From: the human T2T-CHM13v2.0 reference genome, Homo sapiens
NCBI RefSeq assembly: GCF_009914755.1
Contig: NC_060942.1
DNA: 64,000 bases
Reading direction: 5' to 3' (one strand)
Positions 40,201 through 54,555 of this stretch are shown here, piece by piece. Position 1 is the first letter of the stretch. Every line of letters begins with the position of its first letter. A program made the position numbers and the translations under genes. Below the pieces are notes generated by a model that saw only the letters and a list, made by a program, of their open reading frames with translations, had not been told where the DNA came from and ran no database searches.

Positions 40201-43200
40201 GCGGGAAACAGGCAGCAATCACATAGGTTCATCAGTAGTGTTTAAGACTAACCCCTCCGTCCACCACACAACTGCAAATACATGGAATATTTAATCACTA
40301 ATAACTCCAAGGGACAATAGATAAGATAAACATATGGCAATCTGAATGTTCCTTCTGGGCAAAAATGTCTTGTCAGTTATATTGAGTCCATTACAGAACC
40401 TAAAAAGAAAGCATTTAATACATTTCTCATTCCCTCTACCAAGTTGAAGGCAATCCTGAGCTGGATCTTCAGAAATGGTTTCGTGGGAACATGAGGAAGG
40501 AGAAACACTTTGGTTCCTAGGGAGCAAAACCTTTGTAACCTGCCCTGAGAGAGAGAGCTCAAAGCATTGGCGGGGAATGCTTCCAGTTATCCATGAGTTC
40601 AGGCAGTAGCCACTGCTTTGGGTTCTCCCCAGGGCTGAGGTTTCAGTGCTTCTGAAGATGGCAGCAAAATATCTCAACCATTTGTAAAATAGGGCAGGCT
40701 CCTGCAGTTGAAAACTGATTCCGGTTAGAAGAATGATCACGTTAGAAAGCATGAACATGATGGGGAAGGCAGGCTGCCAGCATGCCCGTGGCCCATGCTA
40801 CCCCCTCACCTCTGAGTGCCTCAGACATGTGAATGGAACTCGATGGGTTATTTTGTTAGACCTTTCCTTTGTGGTGTTTGGCTCTTTTTCTAGATTTATC
40901 AGAAGAGCATTTTCTTTAGCCAAGTGTTTGCAGGTCAATAACTACATAGCCTTATTGATCACATTCTGTTTTTCTCTCTATATATGATGAAAAACTCTTC
41001 ATGGACTGTGTTTTCTTTGGTACGTTTTGCACAAAATGTCAATCTTTCTGCAATTCATGTATATAGAGAGTATATGTATTTTTTTCCCTTTTAAAATCTT
41101 TTCATAAGGTGTCAATTCTTCTGTGATCCACATAGACAAAGTAATACTCGATGGGTAATGGAAAACTAAGAAAGTGCAATCATAACACAGCTTAAAAAAT
41201 GGGCACATAACATGGCATTCTTGGGCTATGCTGTTTACAGAAAAGTCAAAGATCCATATTGTAATCAAGTGTTTGACTTGAACCCATAGCCATAGAGATT
41301 GGAACTATATATAGTTCTATCAACCTCCATTCCAGTGACCATGGTAACATTTTGGGCTGAGAAAATGCCTTTGTTAAAGGTAGCCCCAAAAGAGCCAGCA
41401 GTTAGGTTGAAGTGTTCATTGTAGTGAGCCTGTGGCATGAAGGTCCTCCCCAGTAAACATCAGCCTGCAAACAGAATCACTAGTGCTTAGCAACAGTGTC
41501 ATAGTGCCACTGGAATGGTGGTAGAAGGATCTCTTCACCCCTAGACTACCACGGCAGATTGGAACCCAGGAATCCGCAGAGAAAACATAAGATTTCTATC
41601 TAGAAAAAGGGAGCAAAAGAGAAAGGAAGGGAGTGGATAGGGCAGGACTCTGTACTTCAGGGGCCTGCAGTCTCTGCACCAGGACACCAGGAGACCTGAC
41701 TCAGAGAAGAGACTAGAAACCAACAGAAAGAAACTAAACAGCTGTCTGGTAAGCCAGTGATTAGTAAGAAAGACATCTTCAAAATAAGTTGAGCATTATT
41801 TGTTAGTTATCCCTGAAATATAGCCTGGTCAGATACTAAGCTGCAGGGACATACATATCTCTTGGGAATTACCAAAAGGGAGAGAAGCATAGCCAATATC
41901 CATTCTTCCACCTTCTCCAGCAATAACTGGGTTTATCACGTCCTGTTCAGCACTGAGACTCTTTCTCTGCAGACACACCAGAAACACTGTGATCCTAGAC
42001 TCCTGCTGGGGAATCCAAGGCAACTTCTAAAGAAACATCTGATTTACAACTCTTCAGCATGGGATGGCTATACAAATAAGGAGGTCTTCTAGCTGCTCTA
42101 GCCTGAGGGAATTGGATTTGGGAAAGAGAAATGACCAGTCAAGGCTTGGCAAGTCCTCTAGACCTGCGCAGGATCAGAGAGTGGATCTTTGGTGGCCTGA
42201 GAACATTTGCACCCACTTTAAAGTTGCTTGTGTTATATGCAGGCTAAATCAATACATGAAGAGTAGTACTGAGTTTAAGAAACAAAAGAATAGGCCCATG
42301 GGTATAGCTCAGGAAGAAACTTCCTTACCTGAAAGCCTGAATGGGTGAAAGAAAAATGAATGAAGCAGGAACAGAAAGGTGGAATTTGAGGCTTTGTGGC
42401 AACAGCTCACAGATATGATTTTGACAGACTCTCAGTTTTCAAACATAAGACTAAAAGAGGGAATAAAAGGCATGAGAGAGATGAAAGGGAAATGAACCAG
42501 AGTGCATGCACAGCCTTCTCTCGTTACCTCTACCAAATGAACCAGGAGAGGGGATAATGGAGGGCCTCCATTTAACCATCATGGGCAATGTTAACTTGGG
42601 CAGTCAGTGTTTACTGTAAAATATGTAACCAGTAACTGAAGTTGACGTTGACCTTGGCAGAGTTACTTAACTACCCTTTGTCAGTGAGACTCCTCCTTGA
42701 AGAAACCTCGCTTTTCCATCCAAAAAACTGCGCTCCTTTGATCCCCCAAATCCTCAGAATTTTGCGAAAAGATATTTTTGCATCTCAAAGGGCTATCTTT
42801 AATTAAACACATCAAACATATAAATATTCTAAAAAGGAAGTTACGGTATGGAACAAATTTTGGCAAATAGCTTTGTCACCACCTACTATACTGGTTCTTG
42901 ACATTAATTCCACATATGTATTATATGCATACATATATGTGTGCATTCTCATTATAGAAAAAATTCTCAATTGTCTGTATATATTTTTAAATGTTAATTT
43001 TATAAAGAATTGAAAAGTCACAGCTCAAAGGGCAGGAATTACTTCAAAACAGTCTTTTTAATATGTGGAAAGAATTAGTCATATAAAAGAGTTCATCTCT
43101 ACTATTATTATGTTGACTTTTTGTAAAAACATGATACTCTTGTAAGTTAGCTATGGAAACTATAACCTGAAGCAAAGTATTTCCTTAAAAGGATCAATTA

Positions 43201-45463
43201 CAGGAAAGAGATCTTCCCATAAATTGTTAATTGACATTTTCTGTCAAATCACCTTTGCAAACGACCCCCAGGAGTATTAAATGTTGTGAAAACATCCTCA
43301 CATTCAGAATCTGCCAACCTGCAGGTAGGGAGCTTCTTAGGAAAGTGGATAGAAACTAGTTACCAGGAGGTGGAAATACTTAGGTAGACACCCTTGCTGC
43401 AGGCTGACCAGGAGCCAGCATTCCACAAAATCAAACTCCAGCTTGAATTCATTGTTTTCAGCTAAGTTGCTGCCTTCAGGTTTTTGTGGTTTAACCCAAG
43501 GATTTTCTGAATCAGCCAGCCCCCGGACTGAGTACTTGCTGTGTATGGTGTACTCTTCTAGGTCTTTGGGAAATGAAGTAATATTTCCAACAGCTATAAA
43601 AAAATAAACAGGGTCAAGCAGGTACTAGTTAAGAAAGAGAATTTTATTTTTTTTTTCCTTAGGTCTTAAGGAATGTAGAAATTGAGGTTTTTCGTTTGTC
43701 ATAGTGAAGAAAGATGACTTTTATAATATAGAAGCAGGTTAAGAACTAAGCAGAATGTATCTTAAAGTATTCCCCAAATGAAAATGATTTGTATCTAGTT
43801 ATACATTCATCTCTGGGTCTCTCCATTTTCTTATCAATAGGCTTTAAATAAAAGTCTTATTTAAATATGTAGCCTCTTTTCAATTTTGCTACAAAAAGAT
43901 ATACTGGATGATAAAGAAGAAATGTCCCCACAGGCCAGGAAAGTGTTAATGGCAGGAAAAATGAGGGGTCCTCAAGGGAAAGGTGTAGTCAGAGGATTAG
44001 AGCTGGGGATAGAAGAGTCTATTTCCTCCTTCAGATGGAAAGTCTTTTTCCATGGCCAGCTTTCAAGGTTAGGGTTTGATTTTATTGGTTGTGGCAGTGT
44101 TTTCTTTTTTATGTTGATTTTATATAGTGTGAAGAACTGTGCTAGGTTCTTGGAACATAAAACAGATAAGACCTAGGCATTGCCCTAAGGGTGGTCAAGT
44201 TATCTTGATTAATTTTACTTTTTTTTATCAAGGAAATTTTGATTTGCAGGGCATTTGTCGCGTCATTGCGTCGAAATATAAAATGACTATTTTAAAATAG
44301 CAATAATATTCTTAATCACACCTTACCTAATTTCTACCCCTCTTCCCAATTCTTCTCCTCCTACTCACTGGGCAGTAATGGAGTGGAGCCAAAAGTAGGA
44401 AAAGAAGCGCTCATTTTTTAATTTTAAAAGCTTGAAATATAATGGCTAATTGTTGAGGCCATGTAAAACTAGCTGTTTCATTGTAACCACATCTAAATGG
44501 CTGCATGAAATTGTTTACAGGGAACTTCCTTGGCCTCCTGACTCACAGGTTTCAGTAGAAACACGAAGCTGTCAGCCAGGTCATCTGGGTTTTCCAGGAG
44601 AAATGATTCAGAGCTATGGTTTCCAGCGGGGGAGGTGCAGTACCATTGACTGTTTTTGCAAATACTTAATGTTGAAAAAGTTAATGATTGCATCTGCCTT
44701 AAACCTAGAGCAACCTTGGAGAAGAAAGGTTTCACCCACAATTTCTCTTGCTTGATTTGATCAGAATCTCAAATGAGACCAACAACTGATTTGTTGACTT
44801 GGTTGATAGTTCCTAAGGGTTACTTTTGGCCAAATAGCTCTGTGCACTTCTGATTTAGAAGCTAAACTAGATTTGATCCTCTTTTAAACTGTCACACCAA
44901 GGCATGCAGTTTGACTTGTGTGTTCATGCTTGACCACACACTGAATTGTAATCAACTACTCAGACAGTTCCTTTCAATGTAGTGAGATGTGATATCCCAA
45001 ACTACTCATCTTCCCAGTGTAGAATTCTCCAAAGTATGTGCTACAGAACATTAGTGACCTGAGCTTTTAGAAGCTATTCTATGAAAGACAAGATTTTTTT
45101 GGTTAAATGAGTATGGAAAACCTTGGTCTAAACAATGTGAAATGGATTTATTTACTCCAGGATTTCTCAAAACTTCAAATAGCGAAGTGAGGGAAGTGAA
45201 TTAGCTCTGAGTCCTAGCTCTACCTCTTTGTAATTTTTACCTTGAGCAAGTTATTTAATCTTTCCAAGGCTTAATATGCTTATCTGTAAAATGAGGATAC
45301 AAATATCTATGTCACAGAATTGGTCAGCGGATTAAATAAAATAAAATACCAAAAGTGATAATTTTTGCCATTTGTTTTCAGGTGTATTTTGTATCACTGT
45401 GTTTCTACATCATCATACAATTTAGGTTATGTTTTGGCATACCAAAGTGTAGATTCAGCTTTA

Positions 45464-45807
45464 TTTTTAAAAATTTTATATTTTTTTATTTACTTTTAGA
45501 GAAAGGGTCTTGCTCTGTCACCCAGGTTGGCGTGCACTGGCATGATCATAGTTCATGATAACCTCGAACTCCTGAGCTCAAGTGATCCTCTCACCTCAGC
45601 CTCCTAAATATCTGGGTCTACAGGCAGGGTCTACAGGCATGTGTCCTCTCACCTCCAGCTATTCAGGAGGCTGGGGTGAGAGGATCACTTGAGCTCAGGA
45701 GTTCGAGGTTATAGTGAACTATGATCACGCCAGTGCACGCCAGCCTGGGTGGCAGAGAAAGACCCTTTCTCTAAAAGTAAGTAAGAATAAATAAAATTTT
45801 TTAAAAA
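45464..45807. repeat. Inverted pair of AluJ-type right arms forming a long hairpin
   Basis: 45490-45615 versus the reverse complement of 45655-45780 shows 9 mismatches in 126 bp by manual alignment, around a 39-bp loop. Confidence 0.95.
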
Positions 45808-46829
45808 TTCTATTTAAAATCCAGTTCTAATTTTAATTTGCAAACAAAGCAGAGGTATTGCTGAGCATTTAAAATTCTACTTAATCACTCTTCTATTAGA
45901 TGCCCCATTGGAAATCACACAGCAAATCTCTGGGAATTATCTGACCATTTAATGTCCATTTTTATGTGACCTTAGTATTATCCTATACTAGTCATTGATT
46001 TTTCTGTTGGAATTCTATAGACCTTTAAATGGCCTTCCACTAATGATGACAATGTGTTTTAAAATATTGGAAAGGTAAAGCAGTGCTTCCTACATATCAT
46101 GCGTGCTCTCACTGAGAAGCTGAATCTCATCAGAGGCCCTGATCTTTGTCTCATATTACACTGAGTTGAGTTGCCCAGATTACTATTCAAGAGCCATCAG
46201 GATGTCTGAACTCTGGGTTTCCAGCCATTTACCTTATTTATTGTCACATTATCCATCTTCATCAGGGTACAATAAACATCTCTGCAGTGGGCACTATCTT
46301 GAAAATAGTTCAAGTACTGGGTTCAGCCCAAGAAGAACTTGAGTAAATCATACCTTTTCTGCTCTTTAGAATCTTTCCAGCCTATTTCATAAGAGATCCC
46401 ATTTCAGAGACAGAGAGGACTTTAGATATCCTTCAAATACTACTTTGTAAGCATGCCCTTTGGTAAGAAGAGAGAATTGTGACTACACATAAGAAACCTA
46501 GTGATACACTACTGTTCATCTCATAGCGTTCTCTCTCCCCCATGACTGCAAACAATAGGCATTACATTTTCAGTTATTATATGAAGATTCTGAAGAATGG
46601 TAGCATGTAAGTCCAATTCATTTTTCGTACATGACTGTATTAGATATGAAACCTAGGTAAGAGCTAAATAAACAGCGTTTGTTGTTTCCTATTTGGCATA
46701 TATAATATCAAAGATGGGGTGTCTCATCCACCTGTGGGACAAGCAGGTTATAGTCAAGATTTTCAGGGAGGCTGTGGGCTCTGTGTGGCAGGATGATGGT
46801 CCCTTCTAAGTACCCAGTTCATGTCAGTC

Positions 46830-47500
46830 ATAGTGTATTGAGGACACCACAAGTGCCTTCTATATGCCAAGCTCTAAAGAGTAGCACAAAGGACCTCTGT
46901 CCTCAAAAGTTTATTTTTAATACCAGGACATTCGAATGATGAAAGGCAAAAATAAGGCAACAGATAAACGCATGGTGCATCTGCAAACGCTGCAGGAGGT
47001 CAGAGGAGAAGAGATCCCAGTGGGCTGTAGACAAGCAAAATGACTTTCTCGGAAGAAAAAAGTCACTGGAAGCTTTGAACCAGAGTAAGATTGGATTGGC
47101 CAAAAAGAGAAGGAAAGGATTCCTGGACGTAGGAAAGGAGTGGCAAAGAGCAGAGTGTGAAGAACCCAGTAAAACAATTGCTGTGAGTGAAGTGAATTAA
47201 GAAAATAGCAAACACTTTGGACAAGTAGCTTAGAGCAAGTTGAAGAAAAATTCTGAATCTATAATTTGGCTTTGATGGGTAGATTATGGGTGATATTCTA
47301 GGTTCTAGAAATGACTGTAGGAAAACAGAGCCTCAGGAAAATGGATTGGGTAGTTTTGTGCAGGAAAAGTTGGAAATGAAGAGTAAGGAGAGAGGTCACT
47401 GGGATGACCTAAGGGTGAGGTTACTGAAGACTTGGATGAGGGTCAAATGAGGTGGGTGGAGACGAGATAAACAGAGATACATTAAAAAGAATATCTTGCA
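46830..47500. mobile_element. L2 LINE fragments
   Basis: Degenerate L2 motifs (ctatatgccaagctcta, gagacgagataaacagagatacatt). Confidence 0.55.
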
Positions 47501-49390
47501 ATGCATGGATGATATCCTGAAATGCTTAGAAAGTGTAGTTAGTCAATGATGTGAAGAAAGTGTTATGTTTGAAATGTATGTGAAATGCTGTAAAAGTTAT
47601 GGAGTTTAGAATTGTACTTGAGTTTGAATCCAAGCTTGCTTCTTAACAACCAACAGTGATCTCAGGAAAATTATTAAATTATTTATACTTAAATTTTCCC
47701 AAATCTAAAAGGAGAACAAAGTTGTTTATGTGAGGATTAAACAAACTAACACATAAAATGCCCAACACTAGTAGGCATTCAAAAAACATTAGGCCTTGTT
47801 TCTCTTAGGTAATCCTAAATCATGCCACAGGGAGCTAGAAACAAGAAACTGGAAATCAGGTTGAAGTTCAGTGGCTAGAAGTGAAGTTAACCACCATCTA
47901 AAAAGAGGCGGCAGTTTGAATCAGAAGTAAGGTCCACAACTGTGTTGAGGAAATAACTAAATAAGGAAAAGAAGAAAAGGTGCATAAGATTTAGAGAAAA
48001 CTTAAGATGAGAAAAAAAAGAGAAGCACTACATAAAAAGATGAGCAGTACATAAGTGGTGTCTTTAGTATGTAATCACTCGGTAAAAACTAGCTGTTACT
48101 ATTGTTGTTGTTATTATTGTTAGAGATGATCAAAGGTGTAAGAATGAACCCTGGCAAGAACAATGTCATGATCATAAACCAGTAAACTAAGAGGTGATCC
48201 TCTGTGTCCTAAGGTGCCAAGAGATTAGGATAGGATTGCAAAGCCATTTCATTCAAATGAAAGTAGTTGGTGACCAAAGTATTTGACCTTTGTAATTCTC
48301 ATCTCTAGTGGAAACTCCATCTTAATTTAGGAACAAGACTATGTGATGCTCACACAACTACCTGAAATATGAATGATGCATGATTGGGTTAACCATCACC
48401 AAAAATACCTCTCCAGCTGATACCCAACCTGCCACAGAAAGAACAAAGAATCAGGGTCCTTAAAATAAATGCAACTGGCAAGCTTTTCTAACATAGAGAA
48501 AAATAGGAAACTATGAAATATCAAAAAATATAATTCCCTGTGATGATTTTTAATAAAGCCAAATGCCAAATATTGGCTTTCCCTTTTGTTGGAAAATGAA
48601 TAAACAGTTTTGCAATGACCTGGAGGCTTGGATAGAGAGAATAAATAAGTTATTCACACATGAGGAGTAGACAATTCTCCATCCACTGTTGAGCTTTTCA
48701 TTTTTTTGTGGAGCAGATGGTCTAAATAAAGCAGCCAAAAATAACAGGTGGGTTTTATTACATTAAGCCACTGAAAATACTAAGCATCTACAAGTTTAAA
48801 TCATGTTCAAAATATTAAGCCTTAAAATAACTTTTTGAAAATAGTCTTTCATATTTGCAAGACACCTTTGTCCATCATCGATGATATCAAAGCACAGGGA
48901 CCAAAGCATATATGAAAACATTTTTAGGGACAACAGGGGAAAGGCAGATAGGAAGGAACAGCTGCTCTTCATAGAAATGATTTTACATGGGGTTGTTAAA
49001 CCATGTGGATACACACTAACTGAAATGGATAACATCACCTCTTCTGGGGCCAAAGCTTGAGTCTAAGTCATTGCTATCATAAGTCTGGTGGTTTCGCATG
49101 ACCTACGCATCGTCATTCAACATATGAACAGCAACTACAAAGAACTCAAATACATTATTCCTCCTGTAATTTGTCAAACACCTAACTTTAATTAGAATTC
49201 AAACTTCATTCCAATAACACCTAACCTATATGCTATGTATGTGCCTTTTAATGTATATTTTCACAGTCAAGGAAGGAAAAAAAGTCTGAAAGGTGGGAAG
49301 AGATAAGAGAAAATACATTGCCTGGCTCCTCAATGGAAGAGATAGTGTAGCTAGCACTGTTCAGAGATTGTTGTTGTTGTTGTTTTTTGT

Positions 49391-49474
49391 ATAGTATTCC
49401 TTATTAATTAAATACATTTATTAATTAAATAAATTACTAAACATTTTGCATAGTATTCCTTATTAATTAAATAC
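49391..49474. repeat. 25-bp direct repeat ATAGTATTCCTTATTAATTAAATAC x2 with a 34-bp AT-rich spacer
   Basis: Copies at 49391-49415 and 49450-49474. Confidence 0.9.
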
Positions 49475-51469
49475 TAGTTTTAAAAATAAAAATCGTGTCT
49501 TCTTACCATCCTTCTCCAATCTCCCTCTTTCCTGGAATAACTACCATTAACATTTTCAAGAGTAACCTTCAGAATCTGAGCATGTACCTTGACAGTTGAA
49601 ATGCTCAAACCATTAAGCCTACAATGAATTTTAAGAATCTTTTACATTTATAAAACATCTACATCCCTATTGAATAATTTAAAACCATAGGCACCTTCCT
49701 GGGTATGAAGCATGAATTATAAAAAATGGGATTATGTCTCTACTCAGTGTTTGAAACTTGCTTTGAAAAAATTTCAACATTGCTTCATGGATCACTTTTA
49801 CATGTACATGGAGATCTACTTTATACATGCCCTTTCTTTAGGTATATCCTGTTGATTTGATTATTCTCCAAAGGATGGGTATTTGTTACCTTCAAATGTC
49901 ACTAACATAAAGCTCCAATTAATACCCTTGCTTATATATGCTGTTACTTGTGCAATCACACAAGTATTTCTAAAGAACTTATTGCTAGAGGAAGGCTTGA
50001 TAGATCAAAGATTTTGTGGATTTTCATTTCAATACCTCTTGGAATATCCATTTTCAAAACTTCCTTTACTTTCAATAAGTCATACTACATTTTTTCCTCT
50101 TTAAATCTAAAGTCCCTATTTATTTAGGAGACATCTATGCCTGTTATTCTTTCATCTCAGGCTGGCTGCATTTGAGAATCAATTAAGAATTATGTACTTT
50201 TGCTGATCATATATGGGTCAGGGAACAGGATCTGGTGAAAGATAAAACAGTTTAAACTGTAAGTCATGAGCTCAGATAAATATTGGCATTGTCACTGGGA
50301 CATGGAAGTAGTAATAATTAGGAGTAATAGTGTATATTTCATTGATAAATCACTTGATGTATAAATATGCCTTTTGGGCTTTGATTGCCAAAAAATCTAT
50401 CTTACGTAAGCTCAGTATGAATACAGATGCTTGCAAAAGAAAATATAGGGGGTGGGTATGTGGTGGTGGTATGGGTTAAGAGATAATTTCTGCCTGACAT
50501 AAAAAAGGAAAGGTGTGACAAGTTGTTATTATGGTAGTTGGAATGAGCCTATATATACAAGAATAAACACAGGAATGAGAAAAATAAAGAAATCGATCCT
50601 TTAAGAAGATCCTGAAGAATTGGAAATAAGAGCACCTTCTGATATGCAGAATACAGAGGTGTTAACTAGCTATGAGTGTCAAGGAGCTACCTCAGGTCTT
50701 GTCTCCCAAGAATCAAATTATATTACATGAAAATAGACAGTGGAATTGTGGTAGAGGCAGACTAGAACTAGAAAGCACAGCAAGTAAGGTCTGAGCAGGG
50801 CCAGCCTCACAGCAGGAGACATGAGAAGGAGAATCTGGAACTCAGAAGATCTGGAACTTGGAAGATTCTTCAGTTGCTTAATGCAATAGTCCGGTGCATC
50901 TGGACTCTGAGGAGTGACTGCAATGTGATTTCTTTTATATAGGTTTTAGACTCAGTGGAGCAAACACAGATAGGGCAAATAGAACTGTCCCCAAACAGTG
51001 AGCTATTGAAGCCAAGAAAGGTCACATCACTCATTTCTACCGAGGAAAGAAAAGCCAGACCTGGAGCACACTCCTTTGACTCATTGAACTTATTTCCCTT
51101 TAGCTGGGATCTCACTGTCCAGACCCACAGAATACCTCCTTTTTGTAAGTAATATTAGCACTGAAGCTAGAGGATATTAAGCATTGTTGGCTTATGTTTT
51201 CCTAGTGTAGACTGAGTATTTTGTGGTTTTGCAGATACATATACAGATACACACTTGTACATGTGTATCCCAATTTAAAGCTATACAGAAAATTAACTGA
51301 GGAACGGACTATGGGGTCGTTGATCTTCCTTCTCATCAAACTTGCATCCCACCAACTTCGGGCCTGCTGCAGCTAATTATTCTTGGTGAGTCAAGGTGAC
51401 TGAGTTTCCAAGAGTTATTTTGGTCCATATGGAGTACTGTTTTATTATCCCCATGTTTACACTTTCTCC

Positions 51470-52040
51470 AAGTGTTCAAGAAAATGATTGGTCCTTCTGT
51501 GACTGACTTGTTTCACTAGCATGTCTTCCAGATTCATCCATGTTGTCATATATAACAGGAATTCCTTTCTTATTAAGGCCACATAACAACCCATTGTATG
51601 TGTGTATCTCATTTCATGTGAGCTAAAATAATTCAACTCATAGAAGCAGAAAGTAGAATGATATGTGCCAGGGGCTGATGGGAGGGAAAGATGGAGAATT
51701 GCTCAAGAGGTGTAAAGTTTCAGATATCCAAGATGAATAAGTTCTAGAGGTTTGCTGAACAATCTTGAAGTATACTTCACCATACTGCATCATGGCCTTA
51801 AAAATTTTGTTCAGAGGATAGATCCCATGTTAAATATATTTACTGTAAAGAAAAAACCCCAACAATAACAACAACAAAAATAACCCAGGGGCATGAGAAA
51901 ACTTTTGGAGGTGATGGATTCATTTATTAGCTTGATTGTGTTAATGGAAACGGTTGTATTCATATGTCCAAACTCATCACATTATATATATAAAATATGT
52001 GCAGTTTTTCGTATATCAATTGTATCTTGATAAAACTGTC
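51470..52040. mobile_element. L1M 3'-end fragments (minus strand about 51470-51610; plus strand, L1MC-like, about 51610-52040)
   Basis: tccagattcatccatgttgtc, aactcatagaagcagaaagtagaatg, and aaacttttggaggtgatgga...tatgtgcagttt. Confidence 0.8.
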
Positions 52041-52838
52041 AATCAATCAATCAGTCATTCGATCTGTCCCTATTTACATATTTAAAAGAAAAGAAAAGAT
52101 AAGGAAAGCCAATGGTAGTTAGGAAGGCAGGGATTAAGAAAAACACTGAAAAATTTAAAGGCAAATATTCTCCCCATATCATTGTCTACTCTGCGTATGT
52201 CCATAATTACCTGCTCACCACTGGCAGGCTGGCACTGGTTTCTAATCAACTGTTTTTGTGTGTTGACTTTTTTGTGTGTGCTTCACGCTCCCTGTCCCCC
52301 TAGTGCCAGAGTCTGTACAGCAAATCTGTGCTTTCCCATTGCTGCTCCAAGATCAACCTTTCTTCTTTTCATACTATAATGCTTTAGAACCTTAAAATCC
52401 TTGCTTATGTCAATCATTACTCTCACTGTAGCTTCCTGTCTTCTGTCCTTCCCTTCCTCCTTTTTTCCATTCATGGTGGTTAAACACATGCACTCTAGAG
52501 TAAGATAGCATTTGTTCAATATTGGCTATATCTATTAAACAGTAGTGTAATTTTGGTTATTTACCTTTCTGAGGCTCAGTTTCCTTATCACGAAGATCAA
52601 GAGGAGTAAATAAGTTGTTCATTTTGTGTGAGAATTAAAATGTGATAATGCATATCAAGTGATTGGCATAGCGTCTGGTACCAGTCTGCAGTAACAAGAA
52701 TAATAACCTATTAGCCATATTGTTTATTATTCTTGTTAGTATTAAGCACCTTCTATTTTCTAGACACTGTGTAAGGTACTGAAAATACAAAGTTAGCTTA
52801 TTATTTAAATAAACTATGGTCCCTTGAGAAATTTATAA

Positions 52839-53159
<321 letters not shown>

Positions 53160-53721
53160 AACTTTATTCTTATTGCTGGTGCAAACACCTGGCGAGGTTT
53201 CTAGCTACCTTTAATAAAAGTTTGAACAGAACTAGAACCTCCAAAGTGTGTTGCTCATATTTTAACTCTATAATAAAAGTTTATTTTATAAAGAGTGCAA
53301 CATAGCAAAACCAGCCCGGTCTTTTGGACATACGGTCAAGCTCCTGACTCTATTTCTCTTCTTGTGTGAGCAGAGAAAAAGCTCTTTATAACCATATTTA
53401 TTGTGTTTTATCCTGTAGCCATACCTCTGGTATCAGGACAAATGATTTTATCCTCTTCTACCCCAAATTTTCTCGGGCAGAGGTAGTTGGAAGAATTGGA
53501 AAAATGATCCCGTGTTCTTAGTTCCTACAATCAGTCTGTTCTAAGCATTTGATCTCTCCCAGGGAAAGGAAGCCACTCCTACTGAGAACTAATAGAGAAA
53601 AAAAGGTTTTTACCTCCAATGAAACAAGGAAGTTTTCACAACTTCAAACTATAAGCACACCTACCAAATACTGCAACAAATATTCCTGTATCACAGAAGC
53701 ATTCAACCTGTTAGGTTTCAA

Positions 53722-53757
53722 TGAAAAGATCTCTGAAAAGATCTCTGAAAAGATCTC
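53722..53757. repeat. 12-bp tandem repeat TGAAAAGATCTC x3
   Basis: Read directly from the sequence. Confidence 0.9.
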
Positions 53758-54159
53758 AGGGTAGATGTAAGATTTCAAAGAAGAAATTATAAGACAAAGG
53801 ATGAAGAAAAAAATGGTTTGGCATGATCCAGAGGAAATATAAGAGAAAACTAAACCATGATAAAGATAAAAGTCATATTAGGAAAAAAAAATGATCCATG
53901 GAAACAACAATGATTGCTTGGAAGTTGATATGTATGAAAGAAAAAGAGATCCTGTCTATACGTAACTGGTGTCTCTGAAGAAGAGTATGGAAAAAATGGA
54001 GCAATTAAAATTATAAAGCAATATCACAGGTGAAATGTCACAGAAATGAGAACAAACTCAAATCTGCAAATTGAAAGTGCACCCTGAAAAATTGACACAG
54101 AATCATCTGAGACATTTTGTGAAACTGGACTTCAACAATGCAGAAAAACATAACATGAA

Positions 54160-54555
54160 TGCTATGGACTGAATGTGTCCCTTCTGAAATGTACACGCTG
54201 AAATCCTAATCCCCAATGTGATGGTATTAGGAGGTGGGTCTTTTGGGAAGTAATTAGGTCATGGAGCTGGAGCCCTATGAATGGGATTAGTACCCTTATA
54301 AAAAGACAAGGGGCCGGGGAGAGGACACACAAGTGGGCACTTCCTTTATCTCTCTCTGCTCTCCCTCATGAGAAGGTACAGAGGTAAGAAGACCATCAAC
54401 AACCAGGAAATGTGCCCTCACTAGATACCCACGAGGATCCACTGGTGTCATAATCTTGGACTTTTTATACTCCAGATGGTGAGAAATAAATCTCTGCTGT
54501 TTAAGTCAACCATTGTGTGGTATTTTTGCTACAGCAGCATAAACTGACTAAGACA
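54160..54555 (+). mobile_element. MaLR solo LTR (MLT1A0-like) within ancient L1 remnants
   Basis: tgctatggactgaatgtgtccc...aaactgactaagaca, TSD atgaa/atgag. Confidence 0.9.

Noticed and set aside
40291-40758. 155-aa minus-strand ORF
   Set aside because: No recognisable homology or domain; compatible with a chance ORF. tBLASTn or PhyloCSF would settle it.
49391-49474. Repeat-spacer-repeat geometry (25/34/25 bp) resembling a mini-CRISPR
   Set aside because: Only two copies, the spacer is itself derived from the repeat, and the DNA is eukaryotic.
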